Of a stretch of DNA of 64,000 nt, positions 39,030 through 52,110 are shown one piece after another. The stretch covers positions 54,128,001 through 54,192,000 of the forward strand of contig NC_045707.1 in NCBI RefSeq assembly GCF_009834535.1, written 5' to 3'. Position numbers and translations under genes: made by a program. The DNA is from Camelus ferus. Taxonomy: Eukaryota. Under the pieces are notes generated by a model. The model saw only the letters and a list, made by a program, of their open reading frames with translations. It made no database searches and had not been told where the DNA came from. Each line of letters starts with the position of its first letter. Position 1 is the first letter of the stretch.

Positions 39030-40010
39030 AATCCACTTGCATTTACAAGATGAGTGGTTTAAGAAATAAATTCATAAATGCTGAAGGGCATGATAGTCCC
39101 TGTAACCTGCAGCTCAACATACCTTCCTAGGGTGGTGTCAGCTTCTAAAGAAGCCATCCTGCCACAGACAAATATAAAACAGACAGCAATGCCAGAGAAC
39201 CACAAAACACTATTAGAAGTTGGAGGGTTTGGGGGCTGGGGAGAGAGTTCATAAGAGATAAAGGCTGCTGAGAGAAACGTTTGAAAGGAAAATCAGTGTG
39301 GAAATACAAGTTTGTTCCTACAAGGTTAATAAGTTTTAACAACAAAATCTAACAGAGATGGAAAAAGTGAAGGAAAGACACTTCAAAAACATAAAAAAAT
39401 AAGCAGTAGGAAAGCTGCATCATAACATATTGTGAGGAAATCTTAGTATTGACACTGACCTCAGACTGAGTCAAGCTGTTCACATGGCTGGCTCCTCATT
39501 CTCCATCTCTCACCTTAGATTTCCTCCTCAGAGAAGAATCCTCTGACTACCCAGTCACAAGGAAGTCTTCTGTTACTTTCTACCTCAGCACCCAATTTAT
39601 TCTTTAATAGCATTAATTACAATTTTTATTTTTTAACATTTATTCACAATTTTTAACTCTTTTATTTATTTGACTACTTTTTCAGTCTACCATTTCTAAG
39701 TGGCTGGACCTCTATGAAGGAAGAACCACTATCTTTCTCACTGGCCACCCCTGGGGTATCTAGACCTACACTAAACAGAAATTGGAGAAAACATGTAACA
39801 CAAGAACACAGGACATCTTTGCAACAAGGTGCTGTGTAGTTCAGCAATGTGCAGTAAAAATTTACAACAGAATGTTTTAAAACGCTCTTTATTAGTCTTG
39901 GAAGCTGAAATCATCTAAGGCTTACAGGCCATCATTTTCTGTAGAATTTACAGATAAGTAGTCATGGATATTGTGTGACTGGTACCACACTAGGAATTGA
40001 GGTGAATCTA

Positions 40011-40115
40011 GGGGCATGGGTATAGCTCAGTGGTAGAGCACATGCTTAGCATGCACGAGGTCCTGTGTTCAATCCCCAGTACTGCTGTTAAAAAAATTAA
40101 ATAAAAAATAAAAAT
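40011..40115 (+). mobile_element. tRNA-derived SINE, camelid Vic-1 type
   Basis: 'ggggcatgggtatagctcagtggtagagcacatgcttagcatgcacgaggtcctgtgttcaatccccagtac' has A and B boxes and an A-rich tail. Confidence 0.85.
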
Positions 40116-41197
40116 TTAATAAAATTATACATTGTTAAGAACTTATACTATTGTTGGATCAGGAGAGAGACTTCTAGAAAACAAACTGAAAATAATAATG
40201 GCAGGTTAAAAATCACTTGGGCAAATGAACGTCATTCATTCTCCAGTTGTTGGGGTGAACTTAAGAGCCAAAACAGTAAGAACTGTGGGTTATCATCTCC
40301 ACTCATTGTAAGTTGAAAGGTGAGGAATGGCAAGTTCCCAGATGGCTTTAGTTTGGTTTGGCTCTGAAATACAAATACTTTCCTCTTAAAGGGAAAATGA
40401 TATTTCAGCATTTCTGTTCCCATGGAAAAAAAATGAAGAATTGTAAATCTTTGAAGAGGAAGTTCAACTTCACCAAGCTTTTAGCCTCACTTTCAAATGG
40501 CTAAAATTAAATCCATTTATGTTTGGACAAATACTTATGAATATTTCCATTTCTAACCAATGGTAATGAATTTAGATTTTTTTAAAAAGTTTTTCTCCTT
40601 AAAACTTATTTAAATAAAATAGCTGTTTCTTAAGCAAGCTACTGAAATACAGTAGCCATAGAAGATAAATTTGGCTCTATTTTGAGCTGCCAAGTTCAAT
40701 TTCATAAATTATCTAAGTTTTCTGAAGTGTGCACTAGGAAAATATTTCCTAAAAGTGTGTATAGATTATTATTAAAGCATGTTAATAAATGTCTTATTTC
40801 TTAATATATCAAGATGACTCAGTTCTTCACCAAGAACTACACGGGTATGTAAAATAATTTCCCATGGCTATATATGTGAACGAGAATGAACTTAAATAGA
40901 TACATTTTTTAAAATTTAGACATCTATTTTGCAATAAATAATAAATAGTAATTCTTTTCCACTACAGTGTACATGCTGATTTTATTCTTGCATGTATTTT
41001 AAAGATTAATAGTTTAAATTAATATATATTTTCCTTATTTTTGTTGGTTCAGCTAAGCCATTCAAACATCAAATATAAAAAAAAAAACTTTTTGTATTAA
41101 ATGTATACAAATACGTTTTTAACTGAGGGATAAATGTATCCCTTTGAATGATGAACGATTTCATACATCAGTCAAAAGCTTGTCATCATTAATTTCA

Positions 41198-41488
41198 TGT
41201 TCTAGTATTTTCCACTAGACTGTCATAGAAAAAGACAACACATGATCAATAACAGTGCCCTGAAAGGCTACTCAACATCAAAAGAATCTTTCACTACTTA
41301 ACACCAGGGGTCTTGTTCATGCTATCTCTGATGAGGATTAATATTTTTAAGATGATATTCATCCATCTCTCTTCTAGCACTTGCAAATTTCCATTCATTA
41401 AGATGATTAACCAATATCAAAGAAATTCCTTATGGAGCAGGCCAAAGCTGGTATCTGCTTTCTGTCCAAGACAATGAGGTTGATGCCA
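41198..41488 (+). repeat. Left arm of ~290-bp inverted repeat
   Basis: Manual alignment to the reverse complement of 42323-42614 gives about 26 substitutions and 4 small indels (~89% identity). Confidence 0.97.
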
Positions 41489-41959
41489 TATCTATATGTA
41501 TAGATGGTTTCTTTAGCATCTACTCTTTTGTTTCTGTACTGTAAGGCTTTATAACCGAAATTGTTTCACTATTTTACTTCTGTTTCCTTCCTTCTACTCA
41601 TTTCCCCCTTCTCTTTCTCCTGTTGTATGGTTGTCACCTACTGTAGCCTGTACAACTATTCTGAGTTCTTGTATCTCTGGTCTTCTATTACATCAGCAAT
41701 GACTAAATTAAAGTATTTTTGGCGTTGGTGGTAGTGTTCATGTTGTAACTTTGGGTTACAATTTCCAGATGCTCTGTGACAACTTTTTTTCCTAGTGAAT
41801 TTTATTCTAGAGAGTTTTTCTCATATTTATGGAAGTTTTGTAACTTCAACTTTTTCATGTAATGTATTTTTTTAAAATTTCAGTAAAACATATTTAATAC
41901 AGATGGATTTATCTGGATAACTATTAGCAGATGATTTCTCTTTATGTGTGTGGTTCAGG

Positions 41960-42170
41960 GGTGTGTAGCAGAGTGGGAGGACAAGGAAAGGGCTAGGATA
42001 GCTTCTAAATTTACAGTCCTGGATCCTGTCCCTCTAGGTATGCAGGATTTTGTAAAATTATTTAAATTCTATGGTCTTTGTAGAATTGTGATTATTTCAC
42101 TGGTTTGTTGTGAAGAAAAAGTCAAGCATAGTTCTGCTCATATAATGAACATGCAGTGTATGGAAATTCT
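41960..42170 (+). mobile_element. Highly decayed MIR inside the inverted-repeat spacer
   Basis: 'gtgtagcagagtgg..agggctagg..cctggatcctgtccct..ttgtaaaattatttaaattc..ggtttgttgtgaaga'. Confidence 0.45.
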
Positions 42171-42322
42171 CATTCTAGCTTTCCTCTGACTTGATTTGAC
42201 TGTGCTATAAAAGTTAGAAAATGGTTAGCTTCTATCGATGCATACATTTAAACCCAGAAAGCAAATAAATGTTGGATTACAAATAGCCAAAATTTTGCCC
42301 TGATAATTCTGTGTACTTTCTT

Positions 42323-42614
42323 TGGCATCAGTTTCATTGCCTTGCACAGAAAGCAGATACCAGCTTTGGCCTGCTCCATAAGGAATTCTTTGATATTTGT
42401 TAATCATCTTAATGAATGGAAATTTACAGATGCGGGAAGAGGGTTGGATGAATATCATCTTAAAAGTATTAATCCTCATCAGAGAGCACGAACAAGACCC
42501 TTGGCTTTAAGTAGTGAAAGATGTTTTTTTGACGTGGAGTAGCCTTTTAGGGCACAGTTATTGATCATGTGTTGCCTTTATTTCTATGACAGTCCAGTGG
42601 AAAATACTAGTACA
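42323..42614 (-). repeat. Right arm of ~290-bp inverted repeat
   Basis: Reverse complement of 41198-41488, including a 42-bp perfect block. Confidence 0.97.
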
Positions 42615-43956
42615 GTTACCCTGAGATTAAAGATTATAAAATATTATAATGTAGAGAGACTAGCCCTACCTGATAGTAAGACGGCAAACATAAAGTTGCT
42701 TTGTGGATTAAAGGTAAGTAAATAGTAAATTTATAAACCTAAATGGAGGCTTTGGTTATTTTTTTATATAACTAATATGTTAAGAGCATTGTAGAAAGAT
42801 AGCACAAAGACATACCCAAGGCAGTTTCTAATTCAGAAGCATATAATTTAGTAAAGACCTAAAGCAAAAATAAGGACAAACTTAAATTTTAATATAGAAA
42901 ATGAATGATAATAAACACTTAGATAATTTCAGAAGATGTAGTAATTATTTTCCATTTGAGTAATATACAAAATGAGTATTATAATCTCAAATTAGTATTT
43001 ATAATTAAGGTTGCTATGCATAAATCCTTATTCATTTAGAAATAAATGTCCTTGGCATCTAAAACCATGGAAAATTGACTTTTCAATCTCAGGCAGTAAT
43101 TCACCACCAAAGAAAAATATACAATTCTGCTTTCAGAAAGCCATAATTAATTGTCAGGACCAATAAAACTGATCATTTAGTCAATTTTCAGAATTGCTAC
43201 TGAGTATAATTTTATGGTCATGTCTAAATCTGAAGTGAAATAAATTATTATTGAATAAACTGAGAATTTTTTTTCCCAGGGTGATTTGGATTTGATGCTT
43301 ATACTGATTGGATGAATGAATCCCTTGGCACAGCCAGAATATATCCAAAGAACAAACTCAGAAGTTATTATTCTTGAATTCCAGTTTTCTCAAAATAGTT
43401 CATCATAGTTGCAAGGGTTCCACCACTTTTGTTCTTTCAAAAGATTAACAGTTGATTGGATGCTGACTAAACAGGATAAAATGAGTACTGTAGACTTTAA
43501 CTTATACTTTATCTAATGGGAGAGTCTGTCATGTTGTCCTGGGCACTCCGGCAAAGAGGGAGATGTTAAATGCTTGCCTGTGCCTAATGCTGGGCTCAAC
43601 AGTCCTAAAGCCTTGAATTCCCTAGTAGGGTTAGCTAGAGAGCCTGTCATGGATACTTAGTTCTCTAGGAAAACATTTAAAAGCAACTTCTAATTGGCCT
43701 CATGCAATGGTAAAAGGTTAGCCAGAGGAGGTCTGTTTAGATAGGAAAGTGTTCAATTAGGCCTGGAAACCTCCTGCAACAATCGGTAGAATTCTTCTAA
43801 CTGGAATATGGTGTTTAAACATAACAGACATTATTTTAGATATTCACATTCACCCTGCACACCCTTGCCCCTGCTCACCCATGTTCACCAAAGTTTGATT
43901 AATTATGTATCTTAAATACACAGAGTAACAGCAACATTTTATTTTCTCATCTGTTC

Positions 43957-43981
43957 ATATATATCTCCAGTAAACATACTG

Positions 43982-44050
<69 letters not shown>

Positions 44051-44133
44051 TGGAGATATAAATATACTGGAGATATAAATAACTGGAGATATAAATATAC
44101 TGGAGATATAAATATACTGGAGATATATATATA
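43957..44133. repeat. 16-bp hairpin, (TA)n microsatellite and 17-bp minisatellite
   Basis: ATATATATCTCCAGTA-aaca-TACTGGAGATATATAT, then (TA)n to ~44049, then five units of ~ACTGGAGATATAAATAT. Confidence 0.95.
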
Positions 44134-44529
44134 ATGACTGTGAAATTTTAGGTCTTGTATTATGTCATAGTTCCAAATAAATCAACATTCATTATTTTGT
44201 TTAACAGAGATTTACATTTTAGCTCTATGCCAAGCACTAGAAATGGAAAGATCTAGAAGATATTTTTGCTCCCTTATGAATATTAGTCAAGGAGAGAAAC
44301 ACATGAACAATATAAGTAAAATATAGAGGAGATTAAAAATAAGCCTATATGATCACTCAAGTGGCAGAGCAAAGCATACATTAAGATGGGGATTGGCTGA
44401 AGGCAAGAAAACATCGAGGTGTGTATAACTCAGTGGTCCAAGGTAGGGATTGTGAGGCCTTAGAAGAAGGCAACAGCCGTGAATCAGGAGGTACCGCCAG
44501 AAAGTAACAATGATGGTGAGAATCCTGAC

Positions 44530-44770
44530 AATAAGAGCTAACACTGAGTGCTCATTCTTTATTTGCCAGATACCACGGTAAGAACTTTATAGTTAGCACA
44601 TTTAGATCAACTTGAAGGTGTTAATTCAGTTTTTATCTCCATTTTACAAATGAGAAAACTAAGGCACTGAGCAGTCTAGTATCTTCCCCAAGGTGGCACC
44701 AATAGTAAATAGAGGCCCGGTTGAGCTAGTTGGAATTCAAACTCAAACAAGGACTCTAGAGTCTGTTTTC
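44530..44770 (-). mobile_element. MIR SINE
   Basis: 'atctccattttacaaatgagaaaactaaggcactgag' is the MIR core in reverse. Confidence 0.85.
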
Positions 44771-45137
44771 ATCCCTAGGAAATCATTGGAAACAAAGAAA
44801 AACATGGGTCCCCGATTTTTCTTAGATGATCACATGGAAAGCACGCTAGTATTAAGGTATAACTTGAGGAGAAGGAGCATGATGGGAGTGGAGGGGAAGA
44901 GATAATTAAAGTTACTTCCGATCATACTGAATTTGAGGGTCTTAAAGGAGATCAAAATGGGATAGGCTGCTGTTAGAAATGGGAATCTGGATGTGGAAGA
45001 GGGTTGAAAATGAGATAGGTGTTTGGAGGGCACCGGTACTGAAGTCATAAACTCAGCCAAGAGTGAGTGGAGTCAGAAGAGATCCCAGAATGGAGCTATG
45101 GACTAAATCAGTATTATGTAGACAGAGGAAGGTGAGC

Positions 45138-45520
45138 TCTAGGCTGCACACCGCAGGCCTGCAAGCCTTGTAGTTGCCCAGCTTGGAGACCGAAGAAAGA
45201 GCCCCAGAAACAGCAACAGAGACATTAATGGTTTTTTGTTCAGGGGATCTTACAAGTCTGAAGCCAAGAGGGTCCTGGAGTGACACCATAGGACACAGCC
45301 AGCAATCTTCACTACCCACGGGAGAAGGAGGCCACCATTTATAGGGGAAATCAAAGACAAGTTGGCTCATCAATTACCAGGGAAACGAGCAGCCAGTGCA
45401 GGGGGCAAGCACGTAGGTAGTTACTGATTAAGCCCTATAATTAAGAAGCTTGGATAGTCATGTGAGTGAGGGGACGGACAGGGAGCAAGAGAGCAGCCAT
45501 CCTGAATGGCCTGACACACA
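45138..45520 (-). mobile_element. Solo ERV LTR (MER74/MER73-like 3' end)
   Basis: Minus strand starts TGTGTG, has 'cctataaat' and ends '..tgtctctgttgctgtttctggggctctttcttcggtctcc..'; direct repeat GTGAGC at 45132 and 45521. Confidence 0.7.
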
Positions 45521-46849
45521 GTGAGCTGGTAAAGAATGCGAAATCAAATGGTGGGGGGAGGGTAGCGGGGAGAGGATTCAAAGGAGTGTAAACATCAAGT
45601 ATAGGGAAAAGATGAGGAGAAATTTCACATTGTAGTTAAATGGTAATCCCGAATGTCTGAATAAATAACCAAATGCTTAAAATGGCACAGGGGACAGGCT
45701 AATTACTTTACATGGTGATAAAGAGGTAAAAAAAATATGGATATAGCAAATTAAATTATCCTTTCAAGTGCTCTACCTCAAGTATACCATCCTACTCATG
45801 GAGTCCTATGATTATCTTTGCTACTTCTATCAGTACATTGTACCTGTTCTCAATCAAAATCTGATATGGAGTCTGTTGGATTATGGAGCAGTTAAACCAT
45901 CAGAAGCGGTGACACTATGAAAAACAAAACTAAACAAAATGTTAAAATCCTAAAAGGAACCACAAGGGTAGGGTTAAGCAGAGACCACTTAGGTAAATCA
46001 TTTAAAAACACTAAATTTGTTCAAATCAGATTATTTATGTCTATATAGGCTTTCAACCAGAAGGAATCACTGAATGTTAGAGACAGGTGGAAATTAAATA
46101 AGGAAATCAAGGCCTGCAGAGCTAAAATAATTTGCTAAAAGTCACACAGCTTTTGCTGGTAGAATGTAAACCAGAGCGTGTCTCCTTGCAACATCAGTGT
46201 TCTTTTGGCTACACTGTACCAAGCCCTTACAAATGCTGTAGTCTCAATCGTTTGAACTTGTACCTGAAAACTCTCATACAACCTCAATGAGTCAACTACA
46301 TTAAGTATTTATACGTAGACTGATAAATAAATTGACATGTTTGATTGTGTGTATGACTTAATGCTGAATATGTTACCACTCTTTCGTTATTAGTCTTGCA
46401 TCTAGTAGGTAAAATGATTGGTTAATTAGTGAAGAGACTGGCTTTCAAGGAGGATGCCAATTTCCAAGGTATATTCGAAAAGATAAATCATCATTACTGA
46501 TGACCATTGGTTTCTTGGCATTTGGCATAGTGATTAGCCTCTATAATGAGCCAAGGAGAGCCTGCTTACAACAATGCTCACAAGGGCTGGAAATTTTCCT
46601 CCTTAGCAATGTAAATATGTTTGTGTAAAGGCCTTACATTCCTTCATAATATATAGTCCAAGAGCACTTCTAAATTCTCTTAAAAAAAAAAAGTACCTCA
46701 TATTTAGGGAAACTGGGTTATCTTGTTCTAACATTTGCTTCCAAAGAAAGGAAATGAGGGGAAAGAATCCAAAACTTAAACGTTTAAGTTTTTGAAAAAG
46801 TGGTATCACCTTACATATATAATGTAGTTTACAACTGTATATGGCTATG

Positions 46850-47333
46850 CTAGTTAGCTCGGAGAAACAGAAGATGCAGAAAGTCTTTTTTTCCTTCCCC
46901 TTAACTGCCTAAAAAATTTAGATAAAGGCCTATTCCTGGAATAGAACTATCACCAGAAATACCTGCAAAGAAGATGGGCTGGTGTGATGGGGAAAGAGAG
47001 TACACTCTTGTGTCCCACTGTCTCTGCACAGCCCAGCAAATATTTGTTTACCAAACATTTGCTCTTCCATCTCAATGTGAATTGCCTTTATCCCCTTTGA
47101 AGACCCAAACTGGTACCCCCAACATCCTCTTTGGTCTTTAGGTAAAGATGGTATTTAAGCTAAGGGCTTTGGCCATTTTGGTGAATTACTTAGTTTTCCT
47201 GGGTCTCTCCCATGTATACATGTAATTAAACTTTCGTTTAGTATTCTTCTATTAATCTGCCTCATGGCAATTTAGTTCTGAGACCAGCTAGAAGGACCTA
47301 GAAGGGTAGAGGAAAATTTCTTCCTCTGTAACA
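46850..47333 (+). mobile_element. MER34/MER39-like ERV1 solo LTR
   Basis: 'ggtatttaagct', 'catgtatacatgtaattaaactt', end 'gacctagaagggtagaggaaaatttcttcctctgtaaca'. Confidence 0.75.
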
Positions 47334-49354
47334 CTATGACCAAAGTCTGTATTTTAAGCCTTCTTAATATAAGCCATGAACTAAAATTGCAATGTTTCTC
47401 ATCCTTAAACGCAAGAGAAATTTTTTTAAACTACAGATAAGGATACTAGCAGTTTTATCACTGAAACAAAAGTATTTGATATAGGTAAAGAAAATGACAC
47501 TTTTTTGCTGAGAAAATACTCACTGATGTTCATTAAAACATCTTAGATTTACAGTAAGCTCAGAACAAGTAGACACAAAAAACTTTAGAGGATTAAGGTT
47601 AGCAGCTGGTAAAATTAACTGTTAGGAATGATTTGGGAGGGATCTGAAAAAGAAGAAAACTTGCATTAAGATCAATTATAAAAATGGCCAAGTAGGTAAA
47701 ATTTACAAAGGCCAGGGCTCAGGCTTACCACAAACAAGAATCTATACTGGAATTTGGGAGTTAGAATTTCTCAGTGAACTCACGATTTCAAAATGTCAAG
47801 TTGGAAATTTTTACTACAAAATAAGCTCCTCTGGAGAAGGGACTATGAATTATAATGTCTTTTTTTTTTTTTTTTACTATTACTTTCACTTATTTCCATA
47901 TAGTAAGCACTCAATAAATGCTTGCTGAGTAAGTAGTGAAGTCTCTCCTTGACAATAAACTGTTGCTCTAGAAATGTTTTGTTTCTCCTTTTAGAAATCC
48001 TGATTCTTTCTTGAGGCATGTGTATCCCTGATACACTCATTTAAACGATGCTGAGGATTGCAAGTTACTAGAGAAATGCAGGTCTACCTCCTGTTGCTAT
48101 CTTACCCATCACAGCTTAGGGGAGACATTCCAGGAAGTCTCTTTTCTTCCATGTGTTTTCATCACTTTATCTTTCAAGATAAGAGGAGTGAGGAGAGATT
48201 AACCAAGAGAAATGAAAAATGTCAGTGGACACTAGGTATATAAGTACAACTTACATAAACAACCAACCAGGCCCAATCAGAATGGGAGACCTTGACGCCA
48301 GCCTAGCAGGAATGTTCCCTAGAGTAAGGTCCTAGACTTTTCCAGCTATTTCTCTAGAGTCCTGAGTCCCTGTCTTCTTCTCTCAAAGTCTTAATTCCTC
48401 TTCTCAAACTCCTGCTCTTCCATTCCCAATGACCTAAGATATCACAGTTCCTCTCCACTCATCCCACCCCCACGCCTGAGTATAACCAGTATTTTCCACT
48501 GGGAATTTTGACTATTTAATAAGTATTGCCTTTTTAATAGAAAAGATGTTTATTGACCAAATATATTGTGAATATACCTCCATGTGAAACAAATCATGTA
48601 AAGTGACTTATCAGCTAAAAATTCTTTTCCAAGGTAATTTGAAACCGAAGTCAGATTTGGCAGAAGTGCAGACGATCTAGTTTTCTTTAACCTACAAATA
48701 TGTAGTAGTTGAATTCCACAGAAGGATTTGGCAATGCAGTAATATGTTTCTAACCAGGCCTAATTTCTTGCTATTACGAGTGGTTTCTGGTCAAAGTATT
48801 ACAGTCAGCACATTGTAAAAGACATTTGGGAGAGCAGCTTACTTAGTGCCAAGCTGGAATTGAAATTTCATTCCTGGTAGCCTATCTGCACACATCTCTA
48901 AAGGCATCCTAGTTTGATACTGTGACAAACACAAACAAAGGAGGAATCAGAGTAGGAAAGCAATCTGTTTTCGTGGTTTGTTTTCAAACTGGCTTTCTCC
49001 CCTTGAGCGAACAAACCAACACACAGTCAGAATGAGTGCTACCCGGAGAAGGGAGTGAAATTTAAGATAACTTACAGCGCAGCAAACTCAAAAATGTAAC
49101 ATTCACAAACCATTTTTAAAGCCTGTAATTTGTGTCGGAATGATTCCGAGTGACGGGCCTTTCATACGGCTGAGCCTGGATGCTGTCAGGGCTCAGCCTT
49201 TCCTTTCGGTTTCTCAAGACTTCTGAAGGCTCCTCGGGCGGCACTGAGGCTCGAGCTATCTCTGCACGGACTTCTTCCTAAAGCGCGTAAGGCTCAGGAG
49301 CCTATCAGGAGCTGCGCGTCGTGCTGGACTCCGCGGACGCCAGCATGAAGAAGG

Positions 49355-49590
49355 CGTGGTTCCTGACCCCGGACTGCTTGGATTCAAATCTGGACACAAA
49401 TACTTGCTGATGAATTGATCTTGAGCAAGTTATTCAATCACTTTAAGCCTCAGTTTCCAGATCTTTAAAACACAGAGAAAACGAATACCTACTTTTTAGG
49501 AGCTGTTGCCTGATGAAATTGGAAATCTGTATCAAGCTGTCTGGCACAGCACCTGCCCCATGGTGGGTACTCAGTGCTCGTCGTGCATTA
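49355..49590 (+). mobile_element. MIR SINE
   Basis: 'ttggattcaaatctgg..tgatcttgagcaagttattcaatcactttaagcctcagtttccagatctttaaaa'. Confidence 0.85.
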
Positions 49591-52110
49591 TTACCGGGGC
49601 CAGTTTTACACTCGATACACAGGGCTATAGTCTTTTCTCCCAGAAAATTCTATTACATAAAATGGGCAGCAGTGCAGATTTTTTAATTATTATTTTTCCT
49701 TATGCCTCTTTAAGTATAGAAAGCCAAATGTATGTGGGCTGTCTGTGATGTCTAAACTCATTTTTCTTTCAACGGCCTGTTCTGTTAAAACTAGCCTAAT
49801 GATCATAGTTTGCTCATCACTGAATTGGTTGTACAGTGAATCTAAATCTGTAGGTTATAATTTTGAAAATCGCAGCTCAGATAAAATTGCTTTCCATTGA
49901 TTTTGTAAAATGAAAACAGCATCGTATAATATTAATTTTCTGCAATAGCCTTAGTAACCTAGAGTTTAACAATGGCCCATGACATCTTTTTAAACTTAAA
50001 ATAAAGATCTATCGACTTGTTCACTTGCTCTTTTACTGTGAGAAAACAAAGGCTCTAACTGCAAGTAAATTTCATCTGAAGACTCTGAAAATAAGACTTC
50101 TGCTAAAACATGCAGATATTATCAAATTTTTTCTATATTTTCTAAATATGTGATAATGATTCAGTTGTCATACTTCATCCTTTGGTCATATTTTAAAACA
50201 TCTTTATTATAGAACATAAAATATTTTTCAGAGGGATAAAACCTAGAGTTATAGGTGTTAAAGGAAATTTGGAAAAGTTATGAAGTGATATGGAATCTCT
50301 GTACCTAAGTGAAACAGTAACATCTTTGATGCTAGTATCTTTATTACACCCAACCACAGTCATTTCTTTTTAAACTTCTGTAGGAAAGAAACAATTGCAG
50401 TTCAGCATTAGATTATGCAATGGGGCCCAAAATGTGTAACTTCGTTTAGAAACCTTTGTCTGCTCTTTTTGGCTGAATGGGTTTCTATATAATACATCTA
50501 AACAGGTTTTAAATGAAAACAACCTGTTTTTACAAACTCATCAATCATTTTAGCATCCAATCCAATTCATGGTTGGTACCATGAATACACATTTAAAAGT
50601 CTTACTAAAACTTTGTATTTAGCAATATTTATAAACTACTTTATTAAATTTTATTTAATTTTTATTAAATGTTATTCCCTTATGAACATAAATTATCAAA
50701 ATTATAAAGAATTAAATGAGATTTCTAAGTAGATCTGTAGTTCTTAATCTAAAATATTCAACTTAAAATTTAATAAAAAAGATAGAATATAGAAAGCATG
50801 CATGAGCTATGTGTATAAAACAATTTATATGTATATAAAAATAACACAAGAGCACAGTAATCACCTGAAACTGAATGCAGCATTAGATAACATAAATCCA
50901 TAAACAGCTTTATGAATCTATAGCACTGAAAATCTGCATATAGTTAGAAAGTTGAGGAATTCTATAATTCAGAGAAATCTGAGTTCTATAGGACCAGATA
51001 AACATAAATCTGGCCTTAGTAAGGATTTGCCTAAAAAGTTGGGGGCTAGACAACCATCCCATTTCCTTATCTCTTTTAGACCAGATAGTGGGTTTTTTGC
51101 AAAAATGAATTAAGTGTTCAGAAAATTCATTAAATTTTTAAAAACTTTCTTTTACAATTTCATCAGAGAATAAACTTGTAGGAAGGAGATTTGTGGAAGA
51201 TTTCATTTTAAGCATCCTGCTAGCAGAAAGGAAAACTAAAGTCAGCACCACCCTGAATATTTGGACTAACATTCTTTAGGGACAGGCCAAAATCAACATC
51301 GTGTTCCTGGACTGCTGAACTTGTTTTGTGACCCATCAATTGGCCTTACATCTGGGTTGGCTGCTAATCTAGCTAGTTATTCATTCTCAGTAAAGAATGA
51401 ACTTTTGATTTTGATATAACCCTTATTTTGATTTGGAAAATATGAAAAAAAAAAAACCAGTGTGATGAAATTAGATTTCTTTACAACAGTTACTTTCGTT
51501 ATGCTAAATATATTTTTTAGCACAATAGATGAGTGATATTGAGCCTACAACAAAAATCACAGCATACACAAAGAATATCCATTTCCTGTAGCTAACAAGT
51601 AATCATCAGAAGAAGCCATGTTGTGTTTACTGACTCAGTTTCCATCCTCGAGGTATCATTTATATTTTCCCAGGTTAATTTTGTACTGATGCAATTTTGT
51701 TCATTATTTATGCCCACTTCACAAGTGTCCTTATAACTTTCGCATTGCTCCAGTTGGGTAATACCTGTAACATATTTAAATGAGAGACCTAAATCAAGAC
51801 ACTGGAATTTTTCTTATTTTCAGATGCATCTTTAATTTTTCACTATCTTGATTCTTTTGTCTCTGCTCTATGTCGACATAGCTCCAAAATAACATTTGAA
51901 AAAAATTTTTGTGTAATTAAAAAAAAAAATAGTGGTTTGCATGCCTAACCAAAAGTTTAGTTGAGAAAACTTTTTTTTAATTGATTTAATTTCCAAACAA
52001 ACGTATCTAGTAGTGAATGTCTCTTTGGGAATTCAGATGATCTGTTTCCAACATTTATCATTTTTGAAAAATGGTGACAAAAAATTATATCACTGTCAAA
52101 TGTAAACACA

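Noticed and set aside
40011..40082. Intact tRNA-Ala gene
   Set aside because: It has A/B boxes but no pairing acceptor stem, ends in an A-rich tail, and matches the SINE copies at 60.9-61.2 kb.
42225..42542. ORFs within the right arm of the inverted repeat
   Set aside because: The left-arm copy has frameshifting indels relative to them and the peptides resemble nothing recognisable.
44040..44133. CRISPR-like array (also considered for 52111-52260)
   Set aside because: Eukaryotic context, units are 17 bp or shorter and directly tandem, with no 25-45-bp unique spacers and no cas genes.
50556..50586. Short hairpins (ATTCATGGT/ACCATGAAT; similar ones near 1675, 6770 and 50500)
   Set aside because: Stems of 9 bp or less are expected by chance in 64 kb of AT-rich DNA and are too short for pre-miRNA.
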